Positions 18,913 through 29,263 of a stretch of DNA of 48,424 nucleotides are shown here, piece by piece. The stretch comes from Actinomycetota bacterium (GTDB lineage: Bacteria; Actinomycetota; Actinomycetes; S36-B12; UBA5976). The notes beneath the pieces were generated by a model that saw nothing but the letters and a program-made list of their open reading frames with translations, did no database searches and was not told the DNA's origin. Within the stretch, counting starts at the first letter, position 1. Each line of letters begins with the position of its first letter. A program made the position numbers and the translations under genes. Location: assembly GCA_046046315.1 (NCBI GenBank), contig JBJOKB010000062.1, positions 1 through 48,424 on the forward strand, read 5' to 3'.

Positions 18913-19802
18913 ATTTTTATTCCTCCGTCGAGCAGATCTGCTCTTAATTGTGTTATTTGTTTTTCGTCAGCATCGACGAGTGGCAAACGGGCTGCGCCTG
19001 CCGGTAATCCTTGTAAATTAAGTGCTGCCTTTATAGACATCACTCCTGGCATTCGACTCATTACACCTGTGTAAACAGGAAGTAGTCCTTGATGAATTTC
19101 CAAAGCTTTTTTATTATCGCCCGCAAAAAATGCAGCAGCCATTGCTTTTAATCTATCTGCTACTAAATGTCCACAAACGCTTACAAAACCAACGGCACCA
19201 ATTGACAGAAGTGGCAAATTCAATGCATCTTCACCTGAATACCAAGCAAGACCGGTTTTCTTAATGACATAAGAAGCAGATTCTAAATTATTTTTTGCAT
19301 CTTTATTAGCGACAATATTTTTATGTTCACTTAATCTAATTAAAGTTTCACTTTCAATTGGCACTCCCGCTCTACCAGGAATGTCATAAGTCATTAAGGG
19401 AAGATCTGTCGCATCAGCCACAGTTTTGAAATGAGCATAAACACCAGCTTGAGATGGTTTGTTGTAATAAGGAGTAACTACTAGAACTCCGTGAGCACCT
19501 AATTTTGCAGCATCTTTTGCAAGTCCAACAGTGTGTGCTGTGTCATTGCTTCCAACGCCTGCAACAACTTTTGCTTTATTTCCAACAGCGTCAATTACTG
19601 CTTTTAAAACCTGGTTTTTTTCAATTTCAGTGGTCGTTGCAGATTCCCCTGTTGTGCCATTAACAACAATTCCATCATTTCCCAGAGCAACTAAATGTTC
19701 AGCTAGCTTTCCAGCACCTTCAATATCAACACTGCCATCTTTGGCAAATGGAGTAATCATTGCTGTTAAAACCGTTCCAAATGGACGGTGATCGTGACTC
19801 AT
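18909..19802 (-). CDS. dapA: 4-hydroxy-tetrahydrodipicolinate synthase
   Basis: 297 aa, GTTGE motif, DapA family throughout. 4-nt overlap with rnj. Confidence 0.93.
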   Translation of the reverse strand: MSHDHRPFGTVLTAMITPFAKDGSVDIEGAGKLAEHLVALGNDGIVVNGTTGESATTTEIEKNQVLKAVIDAVGNKAKVVAGVGSNDTAHTVGLAKDAAKLGAHGVLVVTPYYNKPSQAGVYAHFKTVADATDLPLMTYDIPGRAGVPIESETLIRLSEHKNIVANKDAKNNLESASYVIKKTGLAWYSGEDALNLPLLSIGAVGFVSVCGHLVADRLKAMAAAFFAGDNKKALEIHQGLLPVYTGVMSRMPGVMSIKAALNLQGLPAGAARLPLVDADEKQITQLRADLLDGGIKI

Positions 19803-19819
19803 GGGATAAAGATTATCGC

Positions 19820-20563
19820 TTAGGGGGCGACTCGACCATTCTTGATGAAGCAGTCGTGAGTAATCGGCATTATTTTTGCAAAATGTTCTTCATACTTCTC
19901 TGCAACCATTTCAATTTCACGTTGTGGGTAAGAAGGAAAATGGGAACCTTCAGCAATACGCCTCAATGACAAGAAATTCATCAATGCTCGAGAGTTCATC
20001 GTTACATAGGCACTGGAATAAATCGTTACAGGTAAAACCCCCCTTGCTACTTCACGGGCAACTCCTGCATTTAACATTTTTTCATAACTTAAATAAGAAT
20101 TTTCACAAGATTTTTTAAATTCTTCTTCTGTAATTTTGTATTGCTCTGGTGTTCCTGGTTCAAAAGTGTAAGCACCAGTTTTTCCAACTTGTTGTAAGTT
20201 CCTTGATGTATTTGGAAAATAAAATTCTGGATCTAATTGTCGATATCTTCCTGATTCCTCGTTATAAGAAGCTATTCGGTGGCGCATGTGTTCACGCCAA
20301 ACAAATATTGGTGCTTTTACATAAAAAGTAAAAATTGAGTGTTCAAAAGGTGTTCCGTGTCTTTCGCGCATTAAAAAATTAATTAGACCTGTGTGCTCAC
20401 TTGCATCTTGATTCTTGGCAGCATCAGAATTTGAACGCTCGCCAGCTGTAGAAACTCGAGCTGCCCAAACTACATCAGAATCTGATGCCGAATGTTTAAC
20501 CAATTCAACGGTTACATCACTTCTAAATTTTAGAGGAATGGAAGGTGTGGAGGTATCAGTCAC
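19820..20563 (-). CDS. thyX: FAD-dependent thymidylate synthase
   Basis: 247 aa with ThyX signature RHRIASYNEESGRY (RHRxxSxxxxSxR). Confidence 0.93.
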   Translation of the reverse strand: MTDTSTPSIPLKFRSDVTVELVKHSASDSDVVWAARVSTAGERSNSDAAKNQDASEHTGLINFLMRERHGTPFEHSIFTFYVKAPIFVWREHMRHRIASYNEESGRYRQLDPEFYFPNTSRNLQQVGKTGAYTFEPGTPEQYKITEEEFKKSCENSYLSYEKMLNAGVAREVARGVLPVTIYSSAYVTMNSRALMNFLSLRRIAEGSHFPSYPQREIEMVAEKYEEHFAKIMPITHDCFIKNGRVAP

Positions 20564-20590
20564 AAAAACGCACGATACCGTTTACCTACG

Positions 20591-21274
20591 ATGAACAAGT
20601 CCTCAGACGCGCGACGTTCTACTGTGACCCGTAACGCAGTTGGGGTTGGACTTGCTACTGGGGTTTACGGAATCTCCTTTGGTGCGTTGGCTGTTACTAG
20701 TGGGTTTAATTTTGCGCAAACCCAAGTTCTAAGTCTTGGACTTTTCTCAGGAGCATCACAATTTGCAGTTGTGGGCATTATGGGTGCAGGTGGCGGTGCA
20801 ATAGCGGCGATTGCTACTTCTTCTCTTTTAGGTGTTAGAAATGGTCTCTACGCATTGAGTATTGCCAATGTATTAAACCTAAAAGGAATTAAAAAGATTT
20901 TTGCATCTCAATTAACAATTGATGAATCAACAGCAATGTCAATTGCTAATAATGACGATGAAGAGATGAGTCGATGGGCTTTTTGGGCAACAGGAATTTC
21001 TGTTTTTATTTTTTGGAACATTGCAACCGCTATCGGTGCATTTGGAGCCTCATTTGTTGCTGATCCAAAATCGCTCGGATTAGATGCTGCCGTAGGTGCT
21101 GCTTTTTTAGCATTACTTTGGCCAAGATTAGTCAATAAACAAATTAGAATTGTAGGAATTCTTGCCGGATTATTGGCCTTAGGTTTAACGCCATTTGTAC
21201 AACCGGGAATTCCAGTGTTAGCAAGTGTGCTCATAGCAATTGTTATGGGTTTAAAGAATACGAGTAACAAATGA
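20591..21274 (+). CDS. azlC: AzlC-family branched-chain amino acid exporter subunit
   Basis: 227 aa polytopic membrane protein with the AzlC pattern (GISFGALA, SGASQFA). Coupled to the downstream azlD-like ORF by an ATGA overlap. Confidence 0.78.
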   Translation: MNKSSDARRSTVTRNAVGVGLATGVYGISFGALAVTSGFNFAQTQVLSLGLFSGASQFAVVGIMGAGGGAIAAIATSSLLGVRNGLYALSIANVLNLKGIKKIFASQLTIDESTAMSIANNDDEEMSRWAFWATGISVFIFWNIATAIGAFGASFVADPKSLGLDAAVGAAFLALLWPRLVNKQIRIVGILAGLLALGLTPFVQPGIPVLASVLIAIVMGLKNTSNK

Positions 21275-21591
21275 TGGAGTCTCGTTGGATTGCAGTCATT
21301 GCTTCCTCTGTTATTGCCTTTCTACTTAAATTCTCAGGAAATGTTGTTCCAGCAAAATATTTAGAACAACCAAAAATAAAATCAATTACTGCTTTGGTTC
21401 CAATTGTTATGCTTTCAGCCCTTGTTGTGGTGCAAACTTTTGCTTCAGGTAAGGAATTAGTAATTGATGCAAGAATAATTGCTTTGATTTTTGCAGTAAT
21501 TTTATTAATATTTCGCTCACCGTTTATTGTTGTCGTATTTGGCGCTGCGGCTTTGGCTGCAATTTTGCGCTACTTTGATTTAATTAATTAA
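21271..21591 (+). CDS. azlD: AzlD-family small membrane protein
   Basis: 106 aa, hydrophobic, overlapping azlC. Size and position are typical of AzlD. Confidence 0.68.
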   Translation: MMESRWIAVIASSVIAFLLKFSGNVVPAKYLEQPKIKSITALVPIVMLSALVVVQTFASGKELVIDARIIALIFAVILLIFRSPFIVVVFGAAALAAILRYFDLIN

Positions 21592-22323
21592 ATCGTCAAT
21601 TCCTATAGTCAAACCGGGTTTTTTACCGATATTTCTAATTGCAAGCAAAACTCCGGGCATGAATGATTCTCTATCAAATGAATCATGACGAATAGTCAAA
21701 GTTTCACCATGAGAACCAAATACAACTTCTTGATGAGCAACAAGCCCTTGCATTCTTACCGCGTGAACAGGGATGCCATCTATTTTTGATCCCCTTGAAC
21801 CAGGAACTTCTGAAATTGTTGCATCAGGATTATTGCCTAAATTATTTAATTTTCTTTCTTCAGCAATTATTTGAGCAGTTCTTACAGCTGTACCACTAGG
21901 AGCATCAATTTTATTTGGGTGATGATACTCAATAATTTCTACAGAATCGTAAAACTTAGTAGCAGCTTTTGCAAACCTCATCATCAAAATTGCCCCAATT
22001 GAAAAATTTGGCACTAATCGAAGGGATACTTGAGAATTTGATTGAAGCATTTTATGTAGTTTTGAAATTTTTTCTTCATTAAATCCTGTGGTTCCCACAA
22101 CTGGCGAAATTCCAGCATTAATTAATAATTCTAAATTATTCATCACAACATCTGGAGTTGTGAAATCTACTGCTACTTGAGCACCTGAATTTTTAACAAT
22201 ATTAAAGTCATCATTTTGATCAATGCTTGCAACAAGTTCCAAATCTGAAGCATTAGTTACAGCTTTAACTACTTCAGCGCCCATTCTTCCTTTGGCGCCA
22301 AGCACTGCAACTTTGATTGTCAT
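21580..22323 (-). CDS. dapB: 4-hydroxy-tetrahydrodipicolinate reductase
   Basis: 247 aa with N-terminal Rossmann GAKGRMG, EYHHPNKIDAPSGTA and a typical DapB C-terminus. Confidence 0.93.
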   Translation of the reverse strand: MTIKVAVLGAKGRMGAEVVKAVTNASDLELVASIDQNDDFNIVKNSGAQVAVDFTTPDVVMNNLELLINAGISPVVGTTGFNEEKISKLHKMLQSNSQVSLRLVPNFSIGAILMMRFAKAATKFYDSVEIIEYHHPNKIDAPSGTAVRTAQIIAEERKLNNLGNNPDATISEVPGSRGSKIDGIPVHAVRMQGLVAHQEVVFGSHGETLTIRHDSFDRESFMPGVLLAIRNIGKKPGLTIGIDDLIN

Positions 22324-22327
22324 AAAA

Positions 22328-23647
22328 CTAGACTACAAGGTCCTTAAACTGATCCTGATCATTAAAGCTACCCACTACACAAAGTAAACCTTTTTGTGCG
22401 AAAAGTTCTGCAGCTAGAGCCTTAATATCACTAGAAGTCACTTCATCAATTTTATTTAAAGTCTCATCTAACGATAAGTATTCTCCATAAAGCAATTCAC
22501 CTTTAGCAATTCTGGTCATTCGAGCATTAGTTTCCTCTAAACCTAAAACCAATCCACCTCTTAATGCGCCTTTACCCCGATTTAATTCTTCGTCCGTAAT
22601 TCCATTTTGTGCAACATCTGCTAACTCTTTTTTAATTATTTCAACAACTTCATTTACTTTTTCTTTGGTAGTTCCTGCATAAACACCAAAGATTCCAGTT
22701 CCGGTGTAGTGATGCGCAAAAGAATAAACGGTATAAACGAGTCCACGTTTTTCTCTTATTTCTTGAAAGAGTCTTGAAGACATTCCCCCACCGATAGCTG
22801 CGCTTAAAACAGCAATTACATATCTTTTTTCATCGTGGCGATCTAGTCCTGGAACTCCCCAGACAAGATGAGCTTGTTCTGTATCTTTTTTTACTACCTT
22901 TATTCCAGATCCAACAGTTGAAAGTTTTTCAGAGGTTCTAGGCAATAGTGGCTTAACTCCTGATTTATTCCAATCGGTATTTTGAATTGACTCCACAACC
23001 ATGTCTACAGCTTGATCGTGGTCCACATTTCCAGCAATAGAAATTATTGTTCTTTCTGGAGAATAATATTTTTTATAAAAACCATAAACTTGTTCTCTTG
23101 ACATCTCAGTTATTGATTTTCTAGTTCCAATAATTGGACGACCAATTGGTTGATCTCCCAAAAGTTCTTGGGACCAGTTGTCATAAACCAGTTCATTTGG
23201 TTCGTCTTCATGCATTGATATTTCTTCTAAGACAACATTTCTTTCTTGATCAACATCTTCTTGAGTCACATTTGAAGAAGTGAGCATGTCAGAAAGTGTG
23301 TCAATCGCTAATTTCACATCTCTATCTAAAACTTTGGCATGAAAACAGGTGTATTCCTGTGTAGTGAAGGCGTTCATGTCTCCACCAACAGCTTCTAACG
23401 AAGATGAGATTTCCATTGCAGTTCTTGTAGGTGTTCCTTTGAAAAGCAAATGTTCTAAGAAATGAGCAGCACCTGCCTCAGGAATTTCTTCATCTCGAGA
23501 ACCTGTGGCAACCCAATAACCAACTGCAGCACTTCTAACAGTGGGAACTGTTTCTGTGATGATTTTTAAACCTGAGGGCAGAATAGTTTGTTGAACTATT
23601 CCGCCTCTACCAGTGTCTTCTAATGTTTGGGTTGGAAAGCGATCCAT
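22328..23647 (-). CDS. M16-family zinc peptidase (PepR-like)
   Basis: 439 aa with inverted zinc motif HFLEHLLFKG. It lies downstream of pnp, as in Mycobacterium (pepR). Confidence 0.85.
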   Translation of the reverse strand: MDRFPTQTLEDTGRGGIVQQTILPSGLKIITETVPTVRSAAVGYWVATGSRDEEIPEAGAAHFLEHLLFKGTPTRTAMEISSSLEAVGGDMNAFTTQEYTCFHAKVLDRDVKLAIDTLSDMLTSSNVTQEDVDQERNVVLEEISMHEDEPNELVYDNWSQELLGDQPIGRPIIGTRKSITEMSREQVYGFYKKYYSPERTIISIAGNVDHDQAVDMVVESIQNTDWNKSGVKPLLPRTSEKLSTVGSGIKVVKKDTEQAHLVWGVPGLDRHDEKRYVIAVLSAAIGGGMSSRLFQEIREKRGLVYTVYSFAHHYTGTGIFGVYAGTTKEKVNEVVEIIKKELADVAQNGITDEELNRGKGALRGGLVLGLEETNARMTRIAKGELLYGEYLSLDETLNKIDEVTSSDIKALAAELFAQKGLLCVVGSFNDQDQFKDLVV

Positions 23648-23660
23648 TTTTATTGATTAT

Positions 23661-25865
23661 TTATTCAGACTTAACTGAATCTTCGCCTTCAACTACTGGA
23701 ACTAATGAAAGTTTTCCTTTGGGATCAATTTCATTAATTTCAACATGAACCGTGTCACCAACGTTGATTACATCTTCAACTTTTTCAACACGTTTACCGC
23801 CAGCCATTTTCTTTAGTTGTGAAATATGTAGCAGTCCATCTTTACCTGGATAAAGATTTACGAATGCGCCAAAAGCTGCCGTTTTAACAACTTTGCCTTC
23901 ATATTTTTCTCCAACTGTTGGAACATGTGGATTAGCAATTCCATCAATCATGGCTTTTGCTTTATCTGCTGCAACACCATCTGTTGCACCAATAAACACT
24001 GTGCCATCATCTTCAATTGAAATTTGTGCGCCAGTTTTTTCTTGAATTTCGTTAATCATCTTGCCTTTAGGCCCGATAATTGCACCGATCATGTCAACTG
24101 GAACTTTCACAGAAATTATGCGTGGAGCATATTGACTCATTTGTCCTGGAGCATCAATTGCTTTTTGTATTACTTCCAAAATTGTGGTTCGAGCATCTTT
24201 AGCTTGCTTTAGGGCCGCAGCTAAAACATTGGCTGGAATTCCATCAAGTTTGGTATCAAGTTGCAACGCTGTAATGAATTCAGATGTTCCTGCTACCTTG
24301 AAATCCATATCGCCGAGTGCATCTTCAGCACCAAGAATGTCTGTTAATGCCACATATTCTTGTTTGCCATCAATTTCACCAGAGATTAATCCCATGGCAA
24401 TTCCACCAACCATTGCTTGCAGTGGAACACCGGCATTAAGCATTGCCATTGTTGAAGCGCAAACAGATGCCATAGAAGTTGATCCATTTGATGAAATAGC
24501 TTCTGAAACTTGTCTAATTGCGTAAGGAAATTCTGCTCTTCCTGGCAACACAGGAACAAGTGCTCTTTCAGCTAATGCACCGTGACCAATTTCTCTACGT
24601 TTTGGAGTTCCAACTCTTCCGGTTTCGCCAGTTGAGTAAGGAGGCATGTTGTAGTTGTGCATATAACGCTTTGTAGTTTCTGGAGACAAAGTATCTAATT
24701 TTTGTTCCAAATCCAACATGTTTAATGTTGTTACACCTAATACTTGGGTTTCGCCTCGATTAAATAAAGCAGAACCGTGAGTTCTAGGCAGAATATTTAT
24801 TTCTGCAGACAGATCACGCAATTGCACAGGAGTTCTGCCATCAATACGTATCTTGTCTCGCAACACTCTTTCACGCATAACTTTTTTAGAAACTGAACCA
24901 AAAGCTGCTTTAATTTCCTTTTCGCGCTCTGGGAATTTCTCAGTTAATGCAGTTAATACTTCAGCTTTAGCTTCATCAAGGACAGTTTGTCTTTCAACTT
25001 TGCCACCAATTTGCATAGCTTTTGATACAGCATCTGTTGAAAATGCTGCGACAGCATCATAGACATCTTCTTGGTAGTCACTAAATAATGGGAATTCTCT
25101 AGTTTCTTTTGCAGCAACTTTGGCAAGTTCAACTTGTGCGCGACACAATTCTTTAATAAACGGCTTAGCCGCTTCAAGACCTTGTGCTACAACTTCTTCA
25201 GTTGGTGCAGTTGCTCCACCTTTAACTAATTCAATTGTGTGTTCAGTTGCTTCTGCTTCAACCATCATGATCGCAACATCACCGTCTGGCAGAACTCTTC
25301 CAGCTACCACCATGTCAAATACGGCATCTTGTAAATCTGGCCACTTAGGAAACGCAACCCAATGTCCATCAATTAGTGCAACGCGGACGCCACCAATTGG
25401 ACCAGAGAATGGTAATCCGGCTAATTGTGTAGAAGCTGAAGCGGCGTTAATTGCTAAAACGTCATATAGAACATGTGGATCTAATGACATAACCGTTACA
25501 ACAACTTGAACTTCGTTTCTTAAACCTTTAACAAATGCTGGACGAAGGGGGCGATCAATTAATCTGCAAGTAAGAATTGCAGCTTCACTGGGACGACCTT
25601 CGCGTCTAAAAAATGAACCAGGAATTTTTCCTAGTGCATACATTTTCTCTTCAACATCGATTGTTAAAGGGAAAAAATCAAATGAGTCTTTTGGTTCTTT
25701 ACCTGCTGTTGTTGCAGACAAAACCATGGTTTCGTCATCTAAGAATGCTTGGACTGAACCACCTGCCTGTTGGGCAAGACGTCCTGTTTCAAAGCGGATA
25801 TTTACTTTTCCAAACGGACCGTTGTCTATAACTGCCGTTGCCTTATGTATTACTGAACCCGTCAT
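23661..25865 (-). CDS. pnp: Polyribonucleotide nucleotidyltransferase (PNPase)
   Basis: 734 aa with two RNase PH domains plus KH ([16 protein letters not shown]) and S1 ([15 protein letters not shown]) domains. Confidence 0.97.
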   Translation of the reverse strand: MTGSVIHKATAVIDNGPFGKVNIRFETGRLAQQAGGSVQAFLDDETMVLSATTAGKEPKDSFDFFPLTIDVEEKMYALGKIPGSFFRREGRPSEAAILTCRLIDRPLRPAFVKGLRNEVQVVVTVMSLDPHVLYDVLAINAASASTQLAGLPFSGPIGGVRVALIDGHWVAFPKWPDLQDAVFDMVVAGRVLPDGDVAIMMVEAEATEHTIELVKGGATAPTEEVVAQGLEAAKPFIKELCRAQVELAKVAAKETREFPLFSDYQEDVYDAVAAFSTDAVSKAMQIGGKVERQTVLDEAKAEVLTALTEKFPEREKEIKAAFGSVSKKVMRERVLRDKIRIDGRTPVQLRDLSAEINILPRTHGSALFNRGETQVLGVTTLNMLDLEQKLDTLSPETTKRYMHNYNMPPYSTGETGRVGTPKRREIGHGALAERALVPVLPGRAEFPYAIRQVSEAISSNGSTSMASVCASTMAMLNAGVPLQAMVGGIAMGLISGEIDGKQEYVALTDILGAEDALGDMDFKVAGTSEFITALQLDTKLDGIPANVLAAALKQAKDARTTILEVIQKAIDAPGQMSQYAPRIISVKVPVDMIGAIIGPKGKMINEIQEKTGAQISIEDDGTVFIGATDGVAADKAKAMIDGIANPHVPTVGEKYEGKVVKTAAFGAFVNLYPGKDGLLHISQLKKMAGGKRVEKVEDVINVGDTVHVEINEIDPKGKLSLVPVVEGEDSVKSE

Positions 25866-25889
25866 GGGCTTTCCTCTGTTTTCATTACA

Positions 25890-26027
25890 GGGGTAATTTT
25901 ATTAAAAGAAATAAGTTAAAACTTTTGTCTGACCCGGTCATCGATCGAGATGCACGGAAATTATTTTTCCGGACATCACTACCGAGGACCGAAGGTCATC
26001 TTCGTTTATTTCTTCTAACTAATTACC
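25890..26027 (-). promoter_or_regulatory. Structured rpsO-pnp intergenic RNA (candidate pnp autoregulatory / RNase III leader)
   Basis: Long-range inverted repeats GGGTAATT (25890..25897) / AATTACCC (26020..26027) and AAGAAATAA (25905..25913) / TTATTTCTT (26005..26013) enclose several short hairpins, for example CGGAAA-N5-TTTCCG. Confidence 0.45.
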
Positions 26028-26063
26028 CGATTGGTTTGTGAATCGAATAATAAATTAAATGAG

Positions 26064-26333
26064 TTAGCGACGAATTCCCAAACGTTCAATCAATGCACGG
26101 TATCTATTGATATCAGTTTTAGCCAAGTAGTCGAGTAAACGACGACGACGTCCTACTAATAACAACAAACCACGACGTGAATGATGATCGTGTTTGTGAG
26201 TTTTCAAATGTTCTGTCAAATGATTAACACGTTCGGTTAATAATGCGACTTGAACTTCTGGTGAACCAGTGTCACCTGAATTAGTTGCGTAACTTGTGAT
26301 TACTGCTGACTTATCTATTTTCTTCTCACTCAT
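26064..26333 (-). CDS. rpsO: 30S ribosomal protein S15
   Basis: 89 aa with an unmistakable S15 sequence ([29 protein letters not shown]). Confidence 0.97.
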   Translation of the reverse strand: MSEKKIDKSAVITSYATNSGDTGSPEVQVALLTERVNHLTEHLKTHKHDHHSRRGLLLLVGRRRRLLDYLAKTDINRYRALIERLGIRR

Positions 26334-26360
26334 TTAATTCTTCTTTCCTTAGTATTTATT

Positions 26361-26421
26361 CGGGTGCTTAACAAATGATTTTCATTTGTAAGGATTTAAG
26401 TCGCGATAAACCGAGCACCCG
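26361..26421 (-). promoter_or_regulatory. Nested hairpin leader upstream of rpsO (candidate S15 autoregulatory element)
   Basis: An 8-bp outer helix CGGGTGCT (26361..26368) / AGCACCCG (26414..26421) encloses an 8-bp hairpin ACAAATGA-TTT-TCATTTGT (26371..26389). It ends about 20 nt upstream of the rpsO SD (AAGGAAAG). No U tract follows, so it is not an obvious ribF terminator. Confidence 0.4.
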
Positions 26422-26448
26422 CTCAGTAAATCGTCACTTCCAAGGCTA

Positions 26449-27393
26449 TCAGCCGTTGTAGGTGTGACTGGTGAGACGCCTTGTTTCTTCCACATCTCGG
26501 GCCATTTGTGAGACAAGTTCTTCCACTGAAGCAAATTTTACGGTTTTGCGAAGTTGTTTCACAAAATCAAAAGAGACCTGTTCGCCATATAAATCCAAGT
26601 CAGTTCTATCCAAGGCATAGGCTTCTACTCTTTTTTCTTTACCATCAAAAGTAGGGTTTGTGCCAATTGAAATTGCAGCTGGTAAAACTTCATTAGTTTT
26701 AGATCGAACTAGATATCCAGCATAAATTCCATCTTCAGGAACAGCCATTTGAATTGGTGTTTCTAAGTTTGCAGTTGGATAACCAAGTTCGTGACCACGA
26801 TGATCTCCATGCACAACTTTTCCTTCAAGTCTTGGAAATCTTCCTAATACAAGAGCTGCCTTATCTACTTCTCCAGTTTCTATGTAGTTTCTGGCCCGCG
26901 TTGAAGACCAAGGTTCTTTTCCATCACTAAATCTTTCGAAAACTGCAGTAGTAAAACCATTTTCATTACCAAACTTTGTCAAATAATTAGTATCTCCTGC
27001 AGCTTTGAAGCCAAATTTAAAATTATCGCCTACTACTACATGTTGAGCATTAAGAGATTCAACTAAAACTTTCCTTAAGAATTCATCCGGTGAAAGTGAC
27101 GCTAATTCTTTATTGAATGGCAAAACCAAAGTTGCATCAACACCACAGCGTTCTAGAAGAGTCAATCTAAAATTCAATGAAGCAAGTGCTAGAGGTGGAT
27201 TATTTCCCACAACACTTCGCGGGTGAGGATCGAAAGTAACGGCAATTAGTGAAATACCTTTTGAGGTTGCAACATCTTTAGCTCGGGAAATTAAATCTTG
27301 GTGACCCCTATGTACGCCATCAAAAACACCAATTGCAACTACAGATGGAGTCAACGAAGTGTCAACATCACCTAGACCAAACCAACGACGCAT
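26449..27393 (-). CDS. ribF: Bifunctional riboflavin kinase / FMN adenylyltransferase
   Basis: 314 aa with GVFDGVHRGH at the N-terminus and a riboflavin kinase C-terminal domain (GYPTANL). Confidence 0.93.
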   Translation of the reverse strand: MRRWFGLGDVDTSLTPSVVAIGVFDGVHRGHQDLISRAKDVATSKGISLIAVTFDPHPRSVVGNNPPLALASLNFRLTLLERCGVDATLVLPFNKELASLSPDEFLRKVLVESLNAQHVVVGDNFKFGFKAAGDTNYLTKFGNENGFTTAVFERFSDGKEPWSSTRARNYIETGEVDKAALVLGRFPRLEGKVVHGDHRGHELGYPTANLETPIQMAVPEDGIYAGYLVRSKTNEVLPAAISIGTNPTFDGKEKRVEAYALDRTDLDLYGEQVSFDFVKQLRKTVKFASVEELVSQMARDVEETRRLTSHTYNG

Positions 27394-27541
27394 TTATCGA
27401 CCTTAATAACTGGGATTATTCAATTCTTAGTTTAATCAATGCTAGATATTTTTTAATCTTGCTGGTGATAAGCCTCACCACCAAAGGTGTTTCATTGACT
27501 TGAATCTGAATTAAGCGGAGAATTAAAAGAAAGGGGGATAA

Positions 27542-28345
27542 ATGAATCTTAACGAAAAAGTTGTGGTCGTCACTGGAGCCGGAAATGGAATGGGACGCGA
27601 ACTAACTTTGCAATTAGTTAAAAAAGGCGCCAAGGTTGCTGCAGTAGATATGAGAGCTGAATCCTTAATTGAAACTAAAAATTTAGCAAATCAACTTGGT
27701 GGAGTTGTTGAAACTTTTATTCTCGACATTAGCGATGCAACAAAAGTCTTAGATTTACCAAATCAAGTCGCAGCCAAACTAGGTGAAGCTGATGTTTTGA
27801 TAAATAATGCTGGAATTATCCAACCCTTTGTAAAAATTAATGAATTGACTTTAGAACAAGCTGACAAAGTTATGACAGTGAACTTCACTGGACCGTTGAT
27901 GTTGACTAAAGCTTTCTTGCCAGGATTATTAAAGAAGAGTCAGGCCCATATTTTAAATGTTTCTTCAATGGGAGCTTATGCTCCGGTTCCTGGACAAAGT
28001 GTCTATGGCGCATCTAAAGCGGCAATAAAACTTTTGACCGAAGGTTTACGATCTGAATTAATTGACACCAAAATAGGAGTCACAATCGTATTTCCTGGTG
28101 CAATTGAAACAAATATTGCTGCCAATTCTGGTTTAGCAAATATCAATATAGATGAGTCTCAAACCAGCAAAATAAAAATGACTCCTGCCCCAGTTGCTGC
28201 AGCATTAATGATTGAAGCTATTGAAAAAAATAAACCAAGAATAACTATAGGAAAAGATGCAAAAACTATGGATTTTTTAACAAGACTAAATCCAATTTAT
28301 GCAGCAAAACTTATTTATAAACAAATGAGCAGTTTACTCAAATAA
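27542..28345 (+). CDS. SDR-family oxidoreductase
   Basis: 267 aa with TGAGNGMG cofactor motif, NNAG and catalytic YGASKAA. Strong SD (GGGGGA). Confidence 0.85.
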   Translation: MNLNEKVVVVTGAGNGMGRELTLQLVKKGAKVAAVDMRAESLIETKNLANQLGGVVETFILDISDATKVLDLPNQVAAKLGEADVLINNAGIIQPFVKINELTLEQADKVMTVNFTGPLMLTKAFLPGLLKKSQAHILNVSSMGAYAPVPGQSVYGASKAAIKLLTEGLRSELIDTKIGVTIVFPGAIETNIAANSGLANINIDESQTSKIKMTPAPVAAALMIEAIEKNKPRITIGKDAKTMDFLTRLNPIYAAKLIYKQMSSLLK

Positions 28346-28348
28346 TTT

Positions 28349-29263
28349 CTAAACTCCACTATTTTCTGACGCAAATACAACATGGGGTTTAAGAGTTACT
28401 CCATCCCCATGCGCCAGGGCAATCAAGCTCGGTTTTTTATCAATAACTGCAATAGTTTCTGCTGGAGTATGAGTTGTCCTTACACTTCTTCCGTGAATAA
28501 AATCTTCAATTTCTGAGTTTCCAATGGTGACACTTGGAAAAATTGAAGTTGCTACTTGCGACATTGAAATTAAAGGTAAATTTCCAGGCTTTAACTCATT
28601 GAGTTTATGAGCTGTGGTGATTGACCATTGACCTGATTGCGTTCTTCTTAAGTTGGTGAGGTGTCCTCCAACTTTTAAATTTTTTCCTAAATCCCTAGCG
28701 ATTGCTCGGATATAGGTTCCACTCGAGCAATGAACGGTTATTGTGACATCTTTAAATTGTTCAACATTTTTAATTTCATGCACATCAATAGCACTTATGT
28801 GAACCAATCGAGGCGAAAGTTCTACTTTCTCGCCTTGTCGAACAAGATCGTAAGCTCTTTTGCCCTCAACTTTTATAGCGCTAACAGATGATGGAATTTG
28901 GTTTATATCACCAACAAATTTTGCAAGTTCTAGCTTTATCTGCACATCGGTTATATTTTCGCAATTATTTGTTTCAATAATTTCACCTTGAGAGTCATCT
29001 GTTGTTCTTGATTGACCTAATCGAATTATGGCTTGATAAGTTTTATTATCAGCGACAACAAAAGTTAATAATCTTGTAGCTTTTCCTAAACCAACTACTA
29101 ACACGCCTGTTGCATCAGGATCAAGTGTTCCGGCGTGGCCAACTTTTTTAGTATTTGCCAATTTTCTTATTTGGTGAACTACATCATGAGAAGTTATTCC
29201 TGCTGGTTTGTCCACAATGACAAAACCATGTATTTCGCTAGCTATTTGCTTTGTTTGATTCAT
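28349..29263 (-). CDS. truB: tRNA pseudouridine(55) synthase
   Basis: HGFVIVDKPAGITSHD and the catalytic GHAGTLDP motif. The track ORF extends to 29320, but I prefer the ATG at 29263 (MNQTKQ...), which reduces the overlap with rbfA to 26 nt. Confidence 0.9.
   Translation of the reverse strand: MNQTKQIASEIHGFVIVDKPAGITSHDVVHQIRKLANTKKVGHAGTLDPDATGVLVVGLGKATRLLTFVVADNKTYQAIIRLGQSRTTDDSQGEIIETNNCENITDVQIKLELAKFVGDINQIPSSVSAIKVEGKRAYDLVRQGEKVELSPRLVHISAIDVHEIKNVEQFKDVTITVHCSSGTYIRAIARDLGKNLKVGGHLTNLRRTQSGQWSITTAHKLNELKPGNLPLISMSQVATSIFPSVTIGNSEIEDFIHGRSVRTTHTPAETIAVIDKKPSLIALAHGDGVTLKPHVVFASENSGV

Noticed and set aside
20908-21270. 120-aa minus-strand ORF antisense to azlC
   Set aside because: It is a shadow of a Gly/Ala-rich membrane gene. 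It has no motif and no independent start context.
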